From: Sulfolobales archaeon HS-7 | GTDB lineage: Archaea; Thermoproteota; Thermoprotei_A; Sulfolobales; Sulfolobaceae | Assembly (NCBI GenBank): GCA_019704295.1 | Contig: AP024596.1 | Location: forward strand, 1,312,001-1,376,000 | Direction of reading: 5' to 3' | DNA length: 64,000 nt | Shown here: positions 1 through 10,301 of the stretch, one piece after another | Layout of the letters: each line of letters opens with the position of its first letter | Numbering within the stretch: position 1 is the first letter of the stretch | The notes under the pieces: generated by a model | Told to the model about the DNA's origin: nothing | Database searches by the model: none | Seen by the model: only the letters and a program-made list of their open reading frames with translations | Program-made: the position numbers and the translations under genes

Positions 1-35
1 TCTATAGTCTTTATGAGTTCTTTTTCATTAACCAT
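1..35 (-). CDS. Probable 5' end of a gene running off the left edge (MVNEKELIKTI...)
   Basis: Minus-strand ATG at 35, open to the window edge, with a TTTTTAAA TATA-like box about 25 bp upstream (57-64). Too short to identify. Confidence 0.35.
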   Translation of the reverse strand, partial: MVNEKELIKTI

Positions 36-142
36 ATTCTTACTTTCTAAAAAGGATTTAAAAATATTGTGGTTTGTATATTTTACGAGTCGCTAAAATT
101 TATATAGAATTTTTTGAATAATCTCATCAAGCGTTACTCATT

Positions 143-304
143 AAACTGTTCACATCTCTTTATAGATAAAGTTTATTTTATTAGCCCTACAAGTTCTATT
201 CAATACCGTCGCTATAACCGAAGGGGGATTTACGCTTAACAATTTACTTTATCTTATTTATCTTTCTCATAAATTATAACTTGCCAAGGGGCCCCGGATT
301 ACCC
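143..304 (+). mobile_element. Degenerate copy of ~160-bp MITE family A
   Basis: Contains GCTTAACAATTTACTTTAT and ends GGATTACCC, matching the core and right end of the copies at 9169, 17861 and 22139. Confidence 0.55.
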
Positions 305-959
305 TAAATTTTTAATAAACTCACCTCACATTTCTTCTCTCTAACTTCTTACGTGAGGTTTAAATCCCTCTTATTCCTTCTAGAAGCGTCTAGCTAGCTT
401 TCCTAGGTGGAGATGTACTCCTGTTACCTTATTTTACCCTCGTAGTACCCGGTTGTATCCCTTTTCTCACTTTACGAGAATTAATGTAAGAGGTATGGAA
501 CTTGGAAAATGAGTTAATAATGTTGTTTCAATTATACTCGGTCAATTAATTAAGGGCAAGACTACTATTGGTGTAAAACGAGCACATTTTCTAGATGGGA
601 GGATGAGCGCTTGCCCTATAATGTCTGACTAAGTATAACATCGGCATTACGATTTACCTAAGCATAAGACGTCGTAAAAACAGGCTTATTTAAGAGAAGT
701 ATGGTATATTGTATTTCTAATATAACTATAAGTCAGGATGATTTAGGTCTACATTGCAAATTATAATTATTACGACTAAGGATTAAATTAAGAAAATATC
801 ACGTGTAAATCCCTTCCCGTTCCGTAAGGTAACATTCGATTAAATTCATTCTGTGATCCTAAATAAACCGAATTCACAAAAGAGGTGAATTGCTCCTTGT
901 CCAGATGGTACCTGACAAGTAATGCACACTCTTATTTTTGACTTATTCCAATTTTATAT

Positions 960-1652
960 ATGGATAAGGTTAAGGCACTCCTTGATGCTTATTTGAGCAG
1001 GAAATCTATACCTCCCTTCGAAGTAACTAAACAAGAGGCAGAGCAAATCTTCAACGATTTTTCTAATGAGTTAGTTAAAAGGGAAGGGTTTGGAGGGTAT
1101 AAAATATCGCTTGTCACAAGGGATAGCTTGCAGAGATTTCATGGTGAGGAGCCAATGTATGGAGTTCTGACTAAACCGATGATAACTGAGGAAAAGAGAG
1201 TTGAGCTCTGGTTTGAGAAACACTTCATTGAAGTGGAAGTTGTGTTCTTATGTAATGAATGTAGGGAAGATAACGTACCCTCCTGTATAGAGGACGTTAG
1301 GTTAGGCCTGGAAATACCCGGAACGAGGTTTAACACTTGGGAGGTAAGTGCCCTTCAGTTAAAGGCTGATGATTCAGCTGCGGGGAGACTCTTTCTAGGG
1401 GGACAGGTAGAGCTACCAGTTAAGTTAACCTCACTCTTTATAAATGGCAAGTTGATGGGAAGGGGGAAACCGGATTTCATATATGGAGGACCCTTGGATA
1501 TGCTGAGGTGGTTAACGAAAAGAGTTCGAGTTGTTAACGGCTTCGTCTCATCAGGCGTATTCGTTGGGCCTTTTGACGTTAAACCTGGAGATAAAATTAG
1601 TGTAGACGGAGATGAGTTCATTGAGGTTCAGCTTGTGTCGTCGAGTAAATGA
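960..1652 (+). CDS. 2-keto-4-pentenoate hydratase-like protein (fumarylacetoacetate hydrolase superfamily)
   Basis: GYKISL, EPMYG, IEVEVVF, LEIPGTRF, ADDSAAG and GPLDMLRWL motifs of the MhpD family. Confidence 0.8.
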   Translation: MDKVKALLDAYLSRKSIPPFEVTKQEAEQIFNDFSNELVKREGFGGYKISLVTRDSLQRFHGEEPMYGVLTKPMITEEKRVELWFEKHFIEVEVVFLCNECREDNVPSCIEDVRLGLEIPGTRFNTWEVSALQLKADDSAAGRLFLGGQVELPVKLTSLFINGKLMGRGKPDFIYGGPLDMLRWLTKRVRVVNGFVSSGVFVGPFDVKPGDKISVDGDEFIEVQLVSSSK

Positions 1653-1823
1653 AGAAAGTTAACTGATTATTCGTGCTTTATTGCCGAATATAGTTCATAC
1701 GGAGACCATGAACTCCGTATTTAGGATACTATCAGTGTTAGTTGAAGAAAAAAATCAAGTTGAGAGAGGGCGTCATGGAATGATTGATACTAATTGCCTA
1801 AAAAGTAGAATTATGCAAAGGAA

Positions 1824-2687
1824 CTACTTCGTCCCACTTAGGGAATAGATCTTGGTCAAGTATTTCTGGAAAGTCATAAATATGATAAATATTGGTATAC
1901 CCATAAGAACTGCAAACGCCGCAAATACGTTGTACAAAGTACTCCTGCTCTCAACTCCAAGATAGTACATTCCCAGAGTTAAAGTCCACAGATTTCCTGA
2001 GGTAATGAACAGGTTAGCAAGGGCGTAATCCGTGTAAGCTCCAAGAAACCCCAGTAGGGCTATAAAGGCTATTATAGGTCTAGCCATTGGTAGGAGTACC
2101 CTCATGAATGCCTGAAATCTCCCCAACCCGTCAACCATTGCTGCCTCTTCGTAGTCCTTCGGTATCGTGTCAAGAAATATCTTTACGAGGTAAGCCCCGA
2201 ATACCGAGGTACCTCCGCTGTAAGCAAGTATTAACCCATAATAAGTGTCTATTAGGTGAAACTTTGCGAAAAGTAGGTAAAGCGGTATGGCCGTTGCAGT
2301 AAAGGGAAAGAACGTCAAAATGTATATAAACACTATAAGTGCTTTCTTACCCCTCACACCGAATCTGCTTAGGGCAAGACCTGATGTAAAGGCAATGAAA
2401 ATCGATAGGACAACCGTACTGCCTGCTAAGATCAAGCTATTTCTTAACCAGAGGGGAAATGGGTTCTGAAATATTATAGAGTAGTAAGCCTGTAATGAGA
2501 TAGTCTTTGGAATAAGTGAACTTATGCTTATTGACGCGAGTGAGGGGATAGGACTTAGAGAGGTTATGACAATGTAATATATGGGAAATACGGCGAATAT
2601 GGCGAAGACTATCAAAGCGAGATAGGAAACTCCTACTCTTACCCCTGAGAGGATCTTATATTTGCTAACTCTCCTCCTCTTCTGCAT
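1824..2687 (-). CDS. Carbohydrate ABC transporter permease (MalG-like)
   Basis: Six TM segments and the EAA loop IPKDYEEAAMVDG. Confidence 0.92.
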   Translation of the reverse strand: MQKRRRVSKYKILSGVRVGVSYLALIVFAIFAVFPIYYIVITSLSPIPSLASISISSLIPKTISLQAYYSIIFQNPFPLWLRNSLILAGSTVVLSIFIAFTSGLALSRFGVRGKKALIVFIYILTFFPFTATAIPLYLLFAKFHLIDTYYGLILAYSGGTSVFGAYLVKIFLDTIPKDYEEAAMVDGLGRFQAFMRVLLPMARPIIAFIALLGFLGAYTDYALANLFITSGNLWTLTLGMYYLGVESRSTLYNVFAAFAVLMGIPIFIIFMTFQKYLTKIYSLSGTK

Positions 2688-3602
2688 TTACCTCTCCTCC
2701 AGGATTCTGGAGTACTTAAACATGAGTATTCCCATGACCGTCAGTATAATAACCGATATGAAGGAGTAAGCCGCGGATAAGCTGTAGTTTTCAAAGGAGT
2801 AAGCCTCTTGATAGGTGTAAACTATGAGTATATCTGTGCTCGTACCCGGTCCGCCACCTGTGAGAAGGTATATAGGGTAGAAGTTATTCCACGTAAATAT
2901 GAACCCGCTTATCCCTATGAAAGCCATGGCGTTCTTCAGCATTGGTAGGGTTACCCTGGTGAACCTCGACCACATGTTCGCCCCGTCAATTGACGCAACC
3001 TCGTAAAGTTCCGGAGGAATGCTCTGCAGACTTGAGAGGAATATCGCAGTGTAATATGGAAATGATAGCCATACATTCGTTATTATAAGAGCCTCCCATG
3101 CAGGTGTGGGGATATTTAGCCAATTAAGCGGAGCTACGTGAATTAAACCCAGGAACTTGTTTATTATACCATATTCGTAGTTCCACATTCCCAGCCAAAC
3201 TAAGAGGGATATGAATGCGGGGAAAGCCCAAGGGACTAAGATCAAGGAGAAGAATAACCTTTTCATCCTTATCTCCTTCTGATTCAGAATTAACGCTAGA
3301 AGAAGACCTATCGCTATCATCGGAATTAGACTTCCCACAGTCCAGATGACGGTATTTACCAGTAGTTGAGAGAAGGTAGGGGAGGTTAGAATAAGGTAAT
3401 AATTGTGAAATCCTACAAACGTGTACTTAAAGAAGTGAAATAGGTTGAAGTTAGTAAAGGATATGTAAACTGCGTAAGCAACGGGGTAAAGAAATAGGAA
3501 GAACATCACGGCTATTGCGGGAAGTAAGTAAAAGTAACCGCTAACTCTACTAGTTTTTCTCCAAAACTTTCTTGAAAAAAATCTGAATTTACTTTTTTCC
3601 AT
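2688..3602 (-). CDS. Carbohydrate ABC transporter permease (MalF-like)
   Basis: FVGFHNY and the EAA loop IPPELYEVASIDGA. The stop abuts the next start. Confidence 0.92.
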   Translation of the reverse strand: MEKSKFRFFSRKFWRKTSRVSGYFYLLPAIAVMFFLFLYPVAYAVYISFTNFNLFHFFKYTFVGFHNYYLILTSPTFSQLLVNTVIWTVGSLIPMIAIGLLLALILNQKEIRMKRLFFSLILVPWAFPAFISLLVWLGMWNYEYGIINKFLGLIHVAPLNWLNIPTPAWEALIITNVWLSFPYYTAIFLSSLQSIPPELYEVASIDGANMWSRFTRVTLPMLKNAMAFIGISGFIFTWNNFYPIYLLTGGGPGTSTDILIVYTYQEAYSFENYSLSAAYSFISVIILTVMGILMFKYSRILEER

Positions 3603-3611
3603 TACCCAATT

Positions 3612-5030
3612 TCACCATACGTCCGTTACAGCCGGGAACATACCCATTAACAGGTAACCGGCAGGGAGAAGACCGTTCTGCTCCATCTGTTGTAGTATAT
3701 ACGACTCCATTCCTTGGGCTGCTTGTTGTGCAGTAATAGTTCTGTTCGCATAATACTCGGTAGCGTATTGGTGGAAGCCTGGCCAGTAGTAATTCATCTG
3801 AGGTATGTTGGGGAAGGGCTGGGTGTGTTGAGCCTGTGCCAAAACTCCTTCCAATATTCCTGCAAGGTATGAGGGAGTTATTTGTCCGGCTTTAAGCTGT
3901 GAAACTACCTGGTTATATGCCTGTACCTGGGCTGGAATATCATAAGCGTATTTCCACAGATTGAGTGTTGCATTCTCACCCGTTACGAACTGTATGAAGA
4001 GTAGAGCAGCCTGGATCTGTGCAGGCGTAGCACCGCTCGCCTTCGGAGAGGATATTACCCATCCTGTAGAACCCAAGAATGGTTCAGCGTACATTCCGGT
4101 CTGTGACACCACGGGCAGAGGAGCTGCACCTAGGAGCGGTCCTAGGGATTTATTATATATTGCTAAGTCCCACGGTCCGTCGAAGATGATAGCCGCCTCA
4201 TTATGCGTGAATAACTGCTGCTCCAAAGAGGGTGTCATATCTGGTGCGTTAATGTGATCTATGTATGTTAGGTTATACCAAAACTCCAATGCATTGACCA
4301 TAGCGGAGTTATTCATGGTTGGAATTCCCTGAGAGTTGAATATTTGCCCTCCGAATCCTGCATACCATGCCGCGAACCTGTATCCGTACTCAGAGCTAAC
4401 CCCGTAAGCTATACCCCATATATGATAGGTTTCATTTACCTGCTCAGCTATCTGTATTAGCTGTTGAGTGGTGTTCGGGGGATACGGTACGAAGTGCTTG
4501 TTATAGAACATTAAAATGTAGTTTATATCATCGGGTAATCCATAAACTGAACCGTTAAGCTCAAAATTCTTCACGGCCACAGGCAGGTAGTTACTATACA
4601 CACTGTTGTTAAGATACGCTGACAGGTTAAGGAGAAGTCCAGCAGCAAATAACGCTCCCGCATCATTACTTGTATCCCTATACACTATTGGTGCATCTCC
4701 CGCTTTAGCAGCAGTTTCAAAGTTCGAGGTTGACACTTGAACACCGTATGTCACATCAACGTGAATCCAAGGGTACGCAGCTTCAAATGCCGCTAATGTC
4801 TTATTGAAGCCCATATTTTCTGGATTGTCGTATGTATCCCACACTGTAATAGTAACAGGGGTATGAGTTGTAGTCGGTGGAACAGTAACCGAAGATGGTG
4901 TCGACGTCTTATGGTGGGATGACACCAGAACTATGCCTATCGCAGCTATGACTATTATTACGACTACAGCGACAACTATTGCCGTTTGAGTTCCTGTAAG
5001 ACCCTTTTTATTTGATTTAACTCTTATCAT
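3612..5030 (-). CDS. Extracellular sugar-binding protein (maltodextrin-type) with class III signal peptide and S/T-rich linker
   Basis: N-terminal KKG|LT plus hydrophobic helix (PibD-type site), TSTPSS/PPTTT linker, YGLP..., FYNK, GPWD and PNIPQM motifs of the MalE family. Confidence 0.9.
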   Translation of the reverse strand: MIRVKSNKKGLTGTQTAIVVAVVVIIVIAAIGIVLVSSHHKTSTPSSVTVPPTTTHTPVTITVWDTYDNPENMGFNKTLAAFEAAYPWIHVDVTYGVQVSTSNFETAAKAGDAPIVYRDTSNDAGALFAAGLLLNLSAYLNNSVYSNYLPVAVKNFELNGSVYGLPDDINYILMFYNKHFVPYPPNTTQQLIQIAEQVNETYHIWGIAYGVSSEYGYRFAAWYAGFGGQIFNSQGIPTMNNSAMVNALEFWYNLTYIDHINAPDMTPSLEQQLFTHNEAAIIFDGPWDLAIYNKSLGPLLGAAPLPVVSQTGMYAEPFLGSTGWVISSPKASGATPAQIQAALLFIQFVTGENATLNLWKYAYDIPAQVQAYNQVVSQLKAGQITPSYLAGILEGVLAQAQHTQPFPNIPQMNYYWPGFHQYATEYYANRTITAQQAAQGMESYILQQMEQNGLLPAGYLLMGMFPAVTDVW

Positions 5031-5065
5031 ACAAGGTCTAAATTATGATGTTAGTATCTGTTTAT

Positions 5066-5088
5066 AAGGTTAATGCTAATTTAACCTT
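5066..5088. promoter_or_regulatory. Inverted repeat AAGGTTAA-N7-TTAACCTT overlapping the TATA/BRE of the binding-protein gene; candidate operator
   Basis: Perfect 8-bp inverted repeat adjacent to CTTATAAA (minus strand, 5061-5068). Confidence 0.5.
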
Positions 5089-5152
5089 GATTTTAAAAAT
5101 AAAAATAGGAAAGTAAGTATTAATATGATGTATACGATTTGGAATATCGAGT

Positions 5153-6220
5153 TTAACTCACTAAGTTCCTTCCTGAAGCGGAGTCAAAAAACTGAGCTGT
5201 ATCTAGATTTATCGAGATCTTTAATTCCTGACCTCTTCCCCTTATTATCAAACCCCTGTCAATTACTCTGATAAGGGTCGAACCTACCTTTACGTGTTCT
5301 ATTGTGTAAATTCCTGTTGGCTCACTTGCCTCAATAGTTCCCTTAATCTCGCCGCCTATATCTATATCATCCGGTCTTACACCTACTATAACCTCTTTCC
5401 CCTCGAAGACTTCAGCGATCCTTTTAGGAACGGCTAACTTATACCCTTCAAATACGAAGTTGCCCCCCTCTATTCGTCCCTTTAGTAGATTTGTGGGGGG
5501 ATTCCCTATAAAGGAGGCAACCCATACGTTCACCGGGTTTTTATATATCTCCATAGGTGTACCGTATGCTTGTATAACCCCATTGTGAAGTACTGCGAGT
5601 TTATCTCCGAGAGCCATAGCCTCTATCTGATCGTGCGTCACGTACATTATTGTTATGTCCAAATTCTTGTGAAGTTCCTTTAATTCCTCCCTGGCTATTG
5701 TCCTTAACTGAGCGTCCAGGTTAGCTAGAGGCTCGTCCATAAGAAGTAACCTTGCCTCCTTAACAAGTGCTCTAGCTATCGCAACCCTTTGCCTTTGTCC
5801 GCCTGATAGCTGATACGGTTTCCTATCCAGTAAGTGGTCTATTTGAAGCATCTCTGAGACCTTCTTAACCTTTTCCCTTATCTCGTTCTTAGGAACGTGC
5901 CTTAGTTTTAGGGGAAAAGCGATGTTATCGAAAACTGTCATAAAGGGGTAAATTGCGTAGTTCTGAAACACCATTGCCACGTTCCTGTCCTTCGGGGGGA
6001 GATCGTTAACTAGTTCCCCGTCTATATATATGTCACCACTGTCCTGCTGATCCAGTCCGGCAATTATCCTCAAAACAGTGGTTTTACCCTCACCAGAAGG
6101 GCCTAGTACCACTACAAACTCTCCCCTATTGACGGACAGATCCACATCATCTAAAACTCTCACTTTCTTCCCCTTCTGGTAGAAGGTCTTAGTCAAGTGC
6201 TGAAGTTCAAGAAATGCCAA
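5153..6220 (-). CDS. Sugar ABC transporter ATP-binding protein (MalK-like), TTG start
   Basis: Walker A GPSGEGKT, LSGGQRQR signature, LLMDEP, YVTHDQ, C-terminal TOBE-like domain. Confidence 0.95.
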   Translation of the reverse strand: MAFLELQHLTKTFYQKGKKVRVLDDVDLSVNRGEFVVVLGPSGEGKTTVLRIIAGLDQQDSGDIYIDGELVNDLPPKDRNVAMVFQNYAIYPFMTVFDNIAFPLKLRHVPKNEIREKVKKVSEMLQIDHLLDRKPYQLSGGQRQRVAIARALVKEARLLLMDEPLANLDAQLRTIAREELKELHKNLDITIMYVTHDQIEAMALGDKLAVLHNGVIQAYGTPMEIYKNPVNVWVASFIGNPPTNLLKGRIEGGNFVFEGYKLAVPKRIAEVFEGKEVIVGVRPDDIDIGGEIKGTIEASEPTGIYTIEHVKVGSTLIRVIDRGLIIRGRGQELKISINLDTAQFFDSASGRNLVS

Positions 6221-6599
6221 AGGTCCTCGATTAATACTATATAAGAATTGGATATTTAACAGTTATGGATCAGCAGGGAATGTATTGATAAAATCACAAC
6301 TGTAAATTTGTAGAAAGGCGTAAAAAAGGTTCAATGAAAAGGTTATTTAAACAGTAACAGCAGTTTCATTAATTTTTCACGAATTCCGTTAAGGTAGTTA
6401 TATTGCTAATTTTAACTAAGGTTAATTATGTGAAATGTCAACTTTCGGTTTTTTAATTATTTTATGAAAAAATATTAAGTAAAAATTCAGGAAAGCATTG
6501 TTGATTGGTCCCCATTATTTTTAATAAAAATTAGCGGAACTGGTCAACAATCGACTACTACATTATAAAGGACGTATTGTAATTAACCTCCGGATTTCC

Positions 6600-6835
6600 C
6601 ACTTATTAGATGGGATTTATCGCTGGGTTCTGACTTCATAGTATCTTATGATATCCCATCTCAATCCCCTTGGACTTCACTAGGGTCACATGGCATTACC
6701 TTGATAACCCTCCCCCATCCCCTTAATGAGATACCTCCAACCCACTACTGCTCATGGATGTATGGAAGCTCGAACATTTGTATACCCTCTTACCTTTCGG
6801 GAAAGGTCATCCACATCTTGTGACAGGATTTGTAA
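6600..6835 (-). mobile_element. Possible decayed 3' end of a tnpB (IS605/IS607-type) element
   Basis: Minus strand reads a broken Zn-finger-like stretch (C..., KRVYKC) followed by a GC-richer tail GAAGTCCAAGGGGATTGAGA, resembling recalled Sulfolobales tnpB right ends. Confidence 0.3.
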
Positions 6836-7123
6836 AATATGTTTAATGTATAAAGTATATAAACTTTAGTTTTTATCTAAAGCTATTAACAACCGCTTAC
6901 TTTTTATCGAAACATGTTATTCCGGAGAGACTGTAGAGACATTTTACCAAGTGAAGTCATATCGTTCAGTGATACTTTTACAGTGGACATGTTAGGGTTT
7001 TTAATGCTAATAAAAACACTTGTATAAGGGGGTCGCTAGGAATTACTCCGAGCTAAAAGTGCCAACCCCAACCTCAAGCGCTTTTTAGGCAAAAACTTAT
7101 GGCTATTCTTGATTACATGTAAT

Positions 7124-8899
7124 CTACCTGTAGATCATTAGATAATTGATTACGAACATCGCTGCGGACCACGTGAGTGGAGTAGTCGAGGGTAGGGGAT
7201 TTCCGTACCTGGGGTCAATAGCTTCTGGTAGAAGACCGTGCGCTGAATGCTCATAGGACCAAGTTAGAAGTTCTTTTGTTCCCGTGTAGTTACCCGCCAT
7301 CGCATAGTAATATCCCAGGAAAAGGGTGGTTATTACCCAAGGAGGCATAGGACCTGAACTGTCCGTGAGGACGGAAGTATAGTGGTATGTATCCCCTAGA
7401 AACCTCGCTAACCCTCCATTGACGGTAAGGTTAGTTATCATTGTGTTAATGTCAGATAAGGTCATATTTGAATTAATTGGCATGAGTCCCATAGCCAATG
7501 GAAGGATTGATGAAGAGTCGGGTAAATCAAAGGGGGTGTAAACTACCTCCGATTTTCCATTCTCAAAAAGAACTGATTTCTCAACGTATTCCGCGTACAT
7601 TCCCTTACTGTAGAAGTATTTCTGAATAGTGGAGTTCAGTTGCTTAACTGTTGTCATAATAAGGGTTCTGTTAAAACCTAGTGCGTCGCTCACATTCTCC
7701 AGGTAAACCAATCCTATGTCGTCAATCGCCTGAGTCCAGAAGTTATATTGATAATTGTCTTCCCATATGCTTAAATCCTGGGGTAAAATGCCAGAACTCT
7801 TCACATTCCCAACCTCCCATTGTAACGACCTATTGAGAACATTAGCAATGCTCAGGAGGAAGCTCTTGTTTCCAGTTAATTCGTAATACTGTACCGTTCC
7901 TATCATGAAGAGTCCTACGCTGTCGTACTCCGGAATTCCAAAAGTTTGATCGGGTATTCCGGTGTAAAAATTGTACCTAGTATACCAAGTACCAGAGGAA
8001 TTCTGAACTTTTGCCATCCATAACCAATACTTTAACGCAGAGGAGAAATGACGTGACATCTGTAACGCAATGGCGTCAAAACTCGAATCCCTAACCCAGG
8101 AGTAATAATATATCGGAACTGGAGACGCTACGAACTCACCCGTTACGGGATTCTGATCGTCCTTAATTAGGAGTAGGGAGATGTTAAACTCGGAACTTAA
8201 CGTTGTGTTAAATCTGGTAGGAGATTTAGAAAGCCATTTTCTCACCTCCAGTGCGTTGGAATTAAGTAAGACATTAGGGGATCTCCTATTCAAGTTGCCT
8301 AAAATCACCTCAAGGTAAGATGTCGGTTTGGTAATAATGTAAACTGTGTCATTTTTCTCAGTAATACTGCTATTTGGAGAAAAGATTTTGACAAGCGGAG
8401 GGAAATCGATCTCTACGCAATCACTCGAGACGGAAAGATTCACAGGTTTTTTGCTTAAGTTTATTAAATAGGTTGTATTACCTTTAAGTTGATTCTTTAC
8501 AATGACATAACTTGAATATAAGGGATATGCTACACATGCTGAGCCGTTGTATCCCCTCATTACCACAGTATTGTTTTGAGACAGGAAGGCGCAAGAGGAG
8601 TTTACGAATTGCTGCATTTTGATACTCATGGGCAGAATCCCATCTTTACCGTAGAGAAAATCAGTTAATGTGAAGGGGTTGAATTCTCCTACATACGGAA
8701 ACCCAGTCCTGATGAGTACTGATCCGTTGATCCAGTTACTCAGAAGCAAATATGAGGCAGAGACGTTACTGGGATTTTCCCTGTCCCAATTTATCGAACC
8801 GATAGGATACTCTATCTCTTTTCTTGTTAGGGATAAATAAGCGTAAATTCCTAAGACAACTAGAAGTACTAAGACTATCGCAAGTAATCGCGAATTCAT
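7124..8899 (-). CDS. Membrane-anchored glycoside hydrolase family 15 (glucoamylase-like)
   Basis: N-terminal TM anchor. GH15 motifs YYYSWVRDS, DLSIWED, GGLARF.GD.Y, PWVITT, GLLPEAID and PLTWSAA. Many N-x-S/T sequons. Confidence 0.9.
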   Translation of the reverse strand: MNSRLLAIVLVLLVVLGIYAYLSLTRKEIEYPIGSINWDRENPSNVSASYLLLSNWINGSVLIRTGFPYVGEFNPFTLTDFLYGKDGILPMSIKMQQFVNSSCAFLSQNNTVVMRGYNGSACVAYPLYSSYVIVKNQLKGNTTYLINLSKKPVNLSVSSDCVEIDFPPLVKIFSPNSSITEKNDTVYIITKPTSYLEVILGNLNRRSPNVLLNSNALEVRKWLSKSPTRFNTTLSSEFNISLLLIKDDQNPVTGEFVASPVPIYYYSWVRDSSFDAIALQMSRHFSSALKYWLWMAKVQNSSGTWYTRYNFYTGIPDQTFGIPEYDSVGLFMIGTVQYYELTGNKSFLLSIANVLNRSLQWEVGNVKSSGILPQDLSIWEDNYQYNFWTQAIDDIGLVYLENVSDALGFNRTLIMTTVKQLNSTIQKYFYSKGMYAEYVEKSVLFENGKSEVVYTPFDLPDSSSILPLAMGLMPINSNMTLSDINTMITNLTVNGGLARFLGDTYHYTSVLTDSSGPMPPWVITTLFLGYYYAMAGNYTGTKELLTWSYEHSAHGLLPEAIDPRYGNPLPSTTPLTWSAAMFVINYLMIYR

Positions 8900-9168
8900 G
8901 TTAGTAACTCTTACATAAAACTAAATTTCTTTTCACTCTTCCTTGCGTCTTTTCCATACTAAACGGAAAAACTAGAGAGAAAATTAGATTACATGATAAG
9001 CGATGTAAAATTAGTTTATTTAGTGTGGCAACAAGTCAGTAGCCCTTTGGAAAAGACTAAAAATGGACTCTCCTGATATGTAGGTTACTAAAAGTTCGAA
9101 ATGCTTGAGATCAGAAAGTAGCACGTTTTACGAAGTTGACGGAATTATACGATGGTGTTACCTAGTTT

Positions 9169-9329
9169 TAGCCGTTCATGCGTTCATTGCAAATTCAGTT
9201 TATTTAATAGGGAAGAATGAATTTAACTGAATGCAATCGTATTGATTGTAGAGATTAGAGTTTAACAATTTCCTTTATTTAATCCCTATTTGCCATAATT
9301 ACAATTCCCGGTGGAGACCTGAATTACCC
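9169..9329 (+). mobile_element. MITE family A (~160 bp, ~27-bp imperfect TIRs)
   Basis: GCCGTTCATGCGTTCATTGCAAATT...GACCTGAATTACCC. Colinear similarity to six or seven other copies in the window. Confidence 0.8.
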
Positions 9330-9486
9330 ATTATCAAAAATACAAGATTATTTGCAAATACACTTGATAAACTAATTTTATATTGTTTTTTCACTAGTAA
9401 TTAAGCGAATTTAATCTTAGAGTAACGTGTTTTATAAATTTTTAGTTTATTTAATTATTTACACTAACTACGCATTAGATACTGTC
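9330..9486 (+). mobile_element. Truncated right end of the family-B IS, cut by the family-A MITE
   Basis: Reverse-complement match to 22522-22680. Ends CATTAGATACTGTC followed by ACGT. Confidence 0.7.
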
Positions 9487-9490
9487 ACGT

Positions 9491-9861
9491 GACACTGTCC
9501 AATGTACAATAAATGTTATTTACTTTATTAACTAAATTTTAATATATAGGAATAATTCATCTTGTAGTGCATAATCAGGACGATAGTACAGGGAGAATTA
9601 CAAGAGTTCAAACTCCTTTACTGACATCCTAGGCTTAAAAATATCCGGCTTTAACCTCTGTTAATTTTCAACTCACAACACTAAAACCTCTTTTTAAGCT
9701 TTTGTTGTTAAGAAATATATCGTTACTTGTGCTTACTGTTAACAAACTTATTTTATATTGCTGTTATACTTGTAATTAAGCGAATTTAATTCTAAGGAGA
9801 CGTGTTTCATAACTTTTTAGTTTATTTAGTTATTCACTTTAATTATGCATTGGACACCGTC
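9491..9861 (+). mobile_element. MITE family B (371 bp; TIR GACA(C/G)TGTCCAATG; ACGT target duplication)
   Basis: GACACTGTCCAATG...CATTGGACACCGTC, flanked by ACGT on both sides. Near-colinear inverted copy at 16411-16775. Confidence 0.85.
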
Positions 9862-10301
9862 ACGTGATAACATCTTACGATACCTGTACCTCCTAAGATT
9901 TTTTGACAAGGTGAACATCTCCTCTAAGATCACTACACGAGATGTTACCCTAAGTTTTCATTAACAGGGCTATTGAACCGTCAATTTGAGCATCAGTAGA
10001 GAGCCTAATAAAGAGAGATAAGCCTACTTTGCATTGCTCCATCTTTGGCCTTGACAATCCCTTATCTTCTCTTCGATTTTAACATTATTTATCGTGCTAT
10101 TTAGTTTCCTCCCTCTTAGCTTATTTGTTTTAAATCGTTTCAACGTTAACTTTCCCTAGACTGCTTTGTTTCTGCTATCCAGATTCCTAAACGGAACAGA
10201 TGATGAAAGCGTAAATGGTAAAAACTTTTATGTGTTCATTTATAATTACAATATTCTTTTTAATAATAATAGTCAAATTTATGACGATTCAAATCAGTGG
10301 T

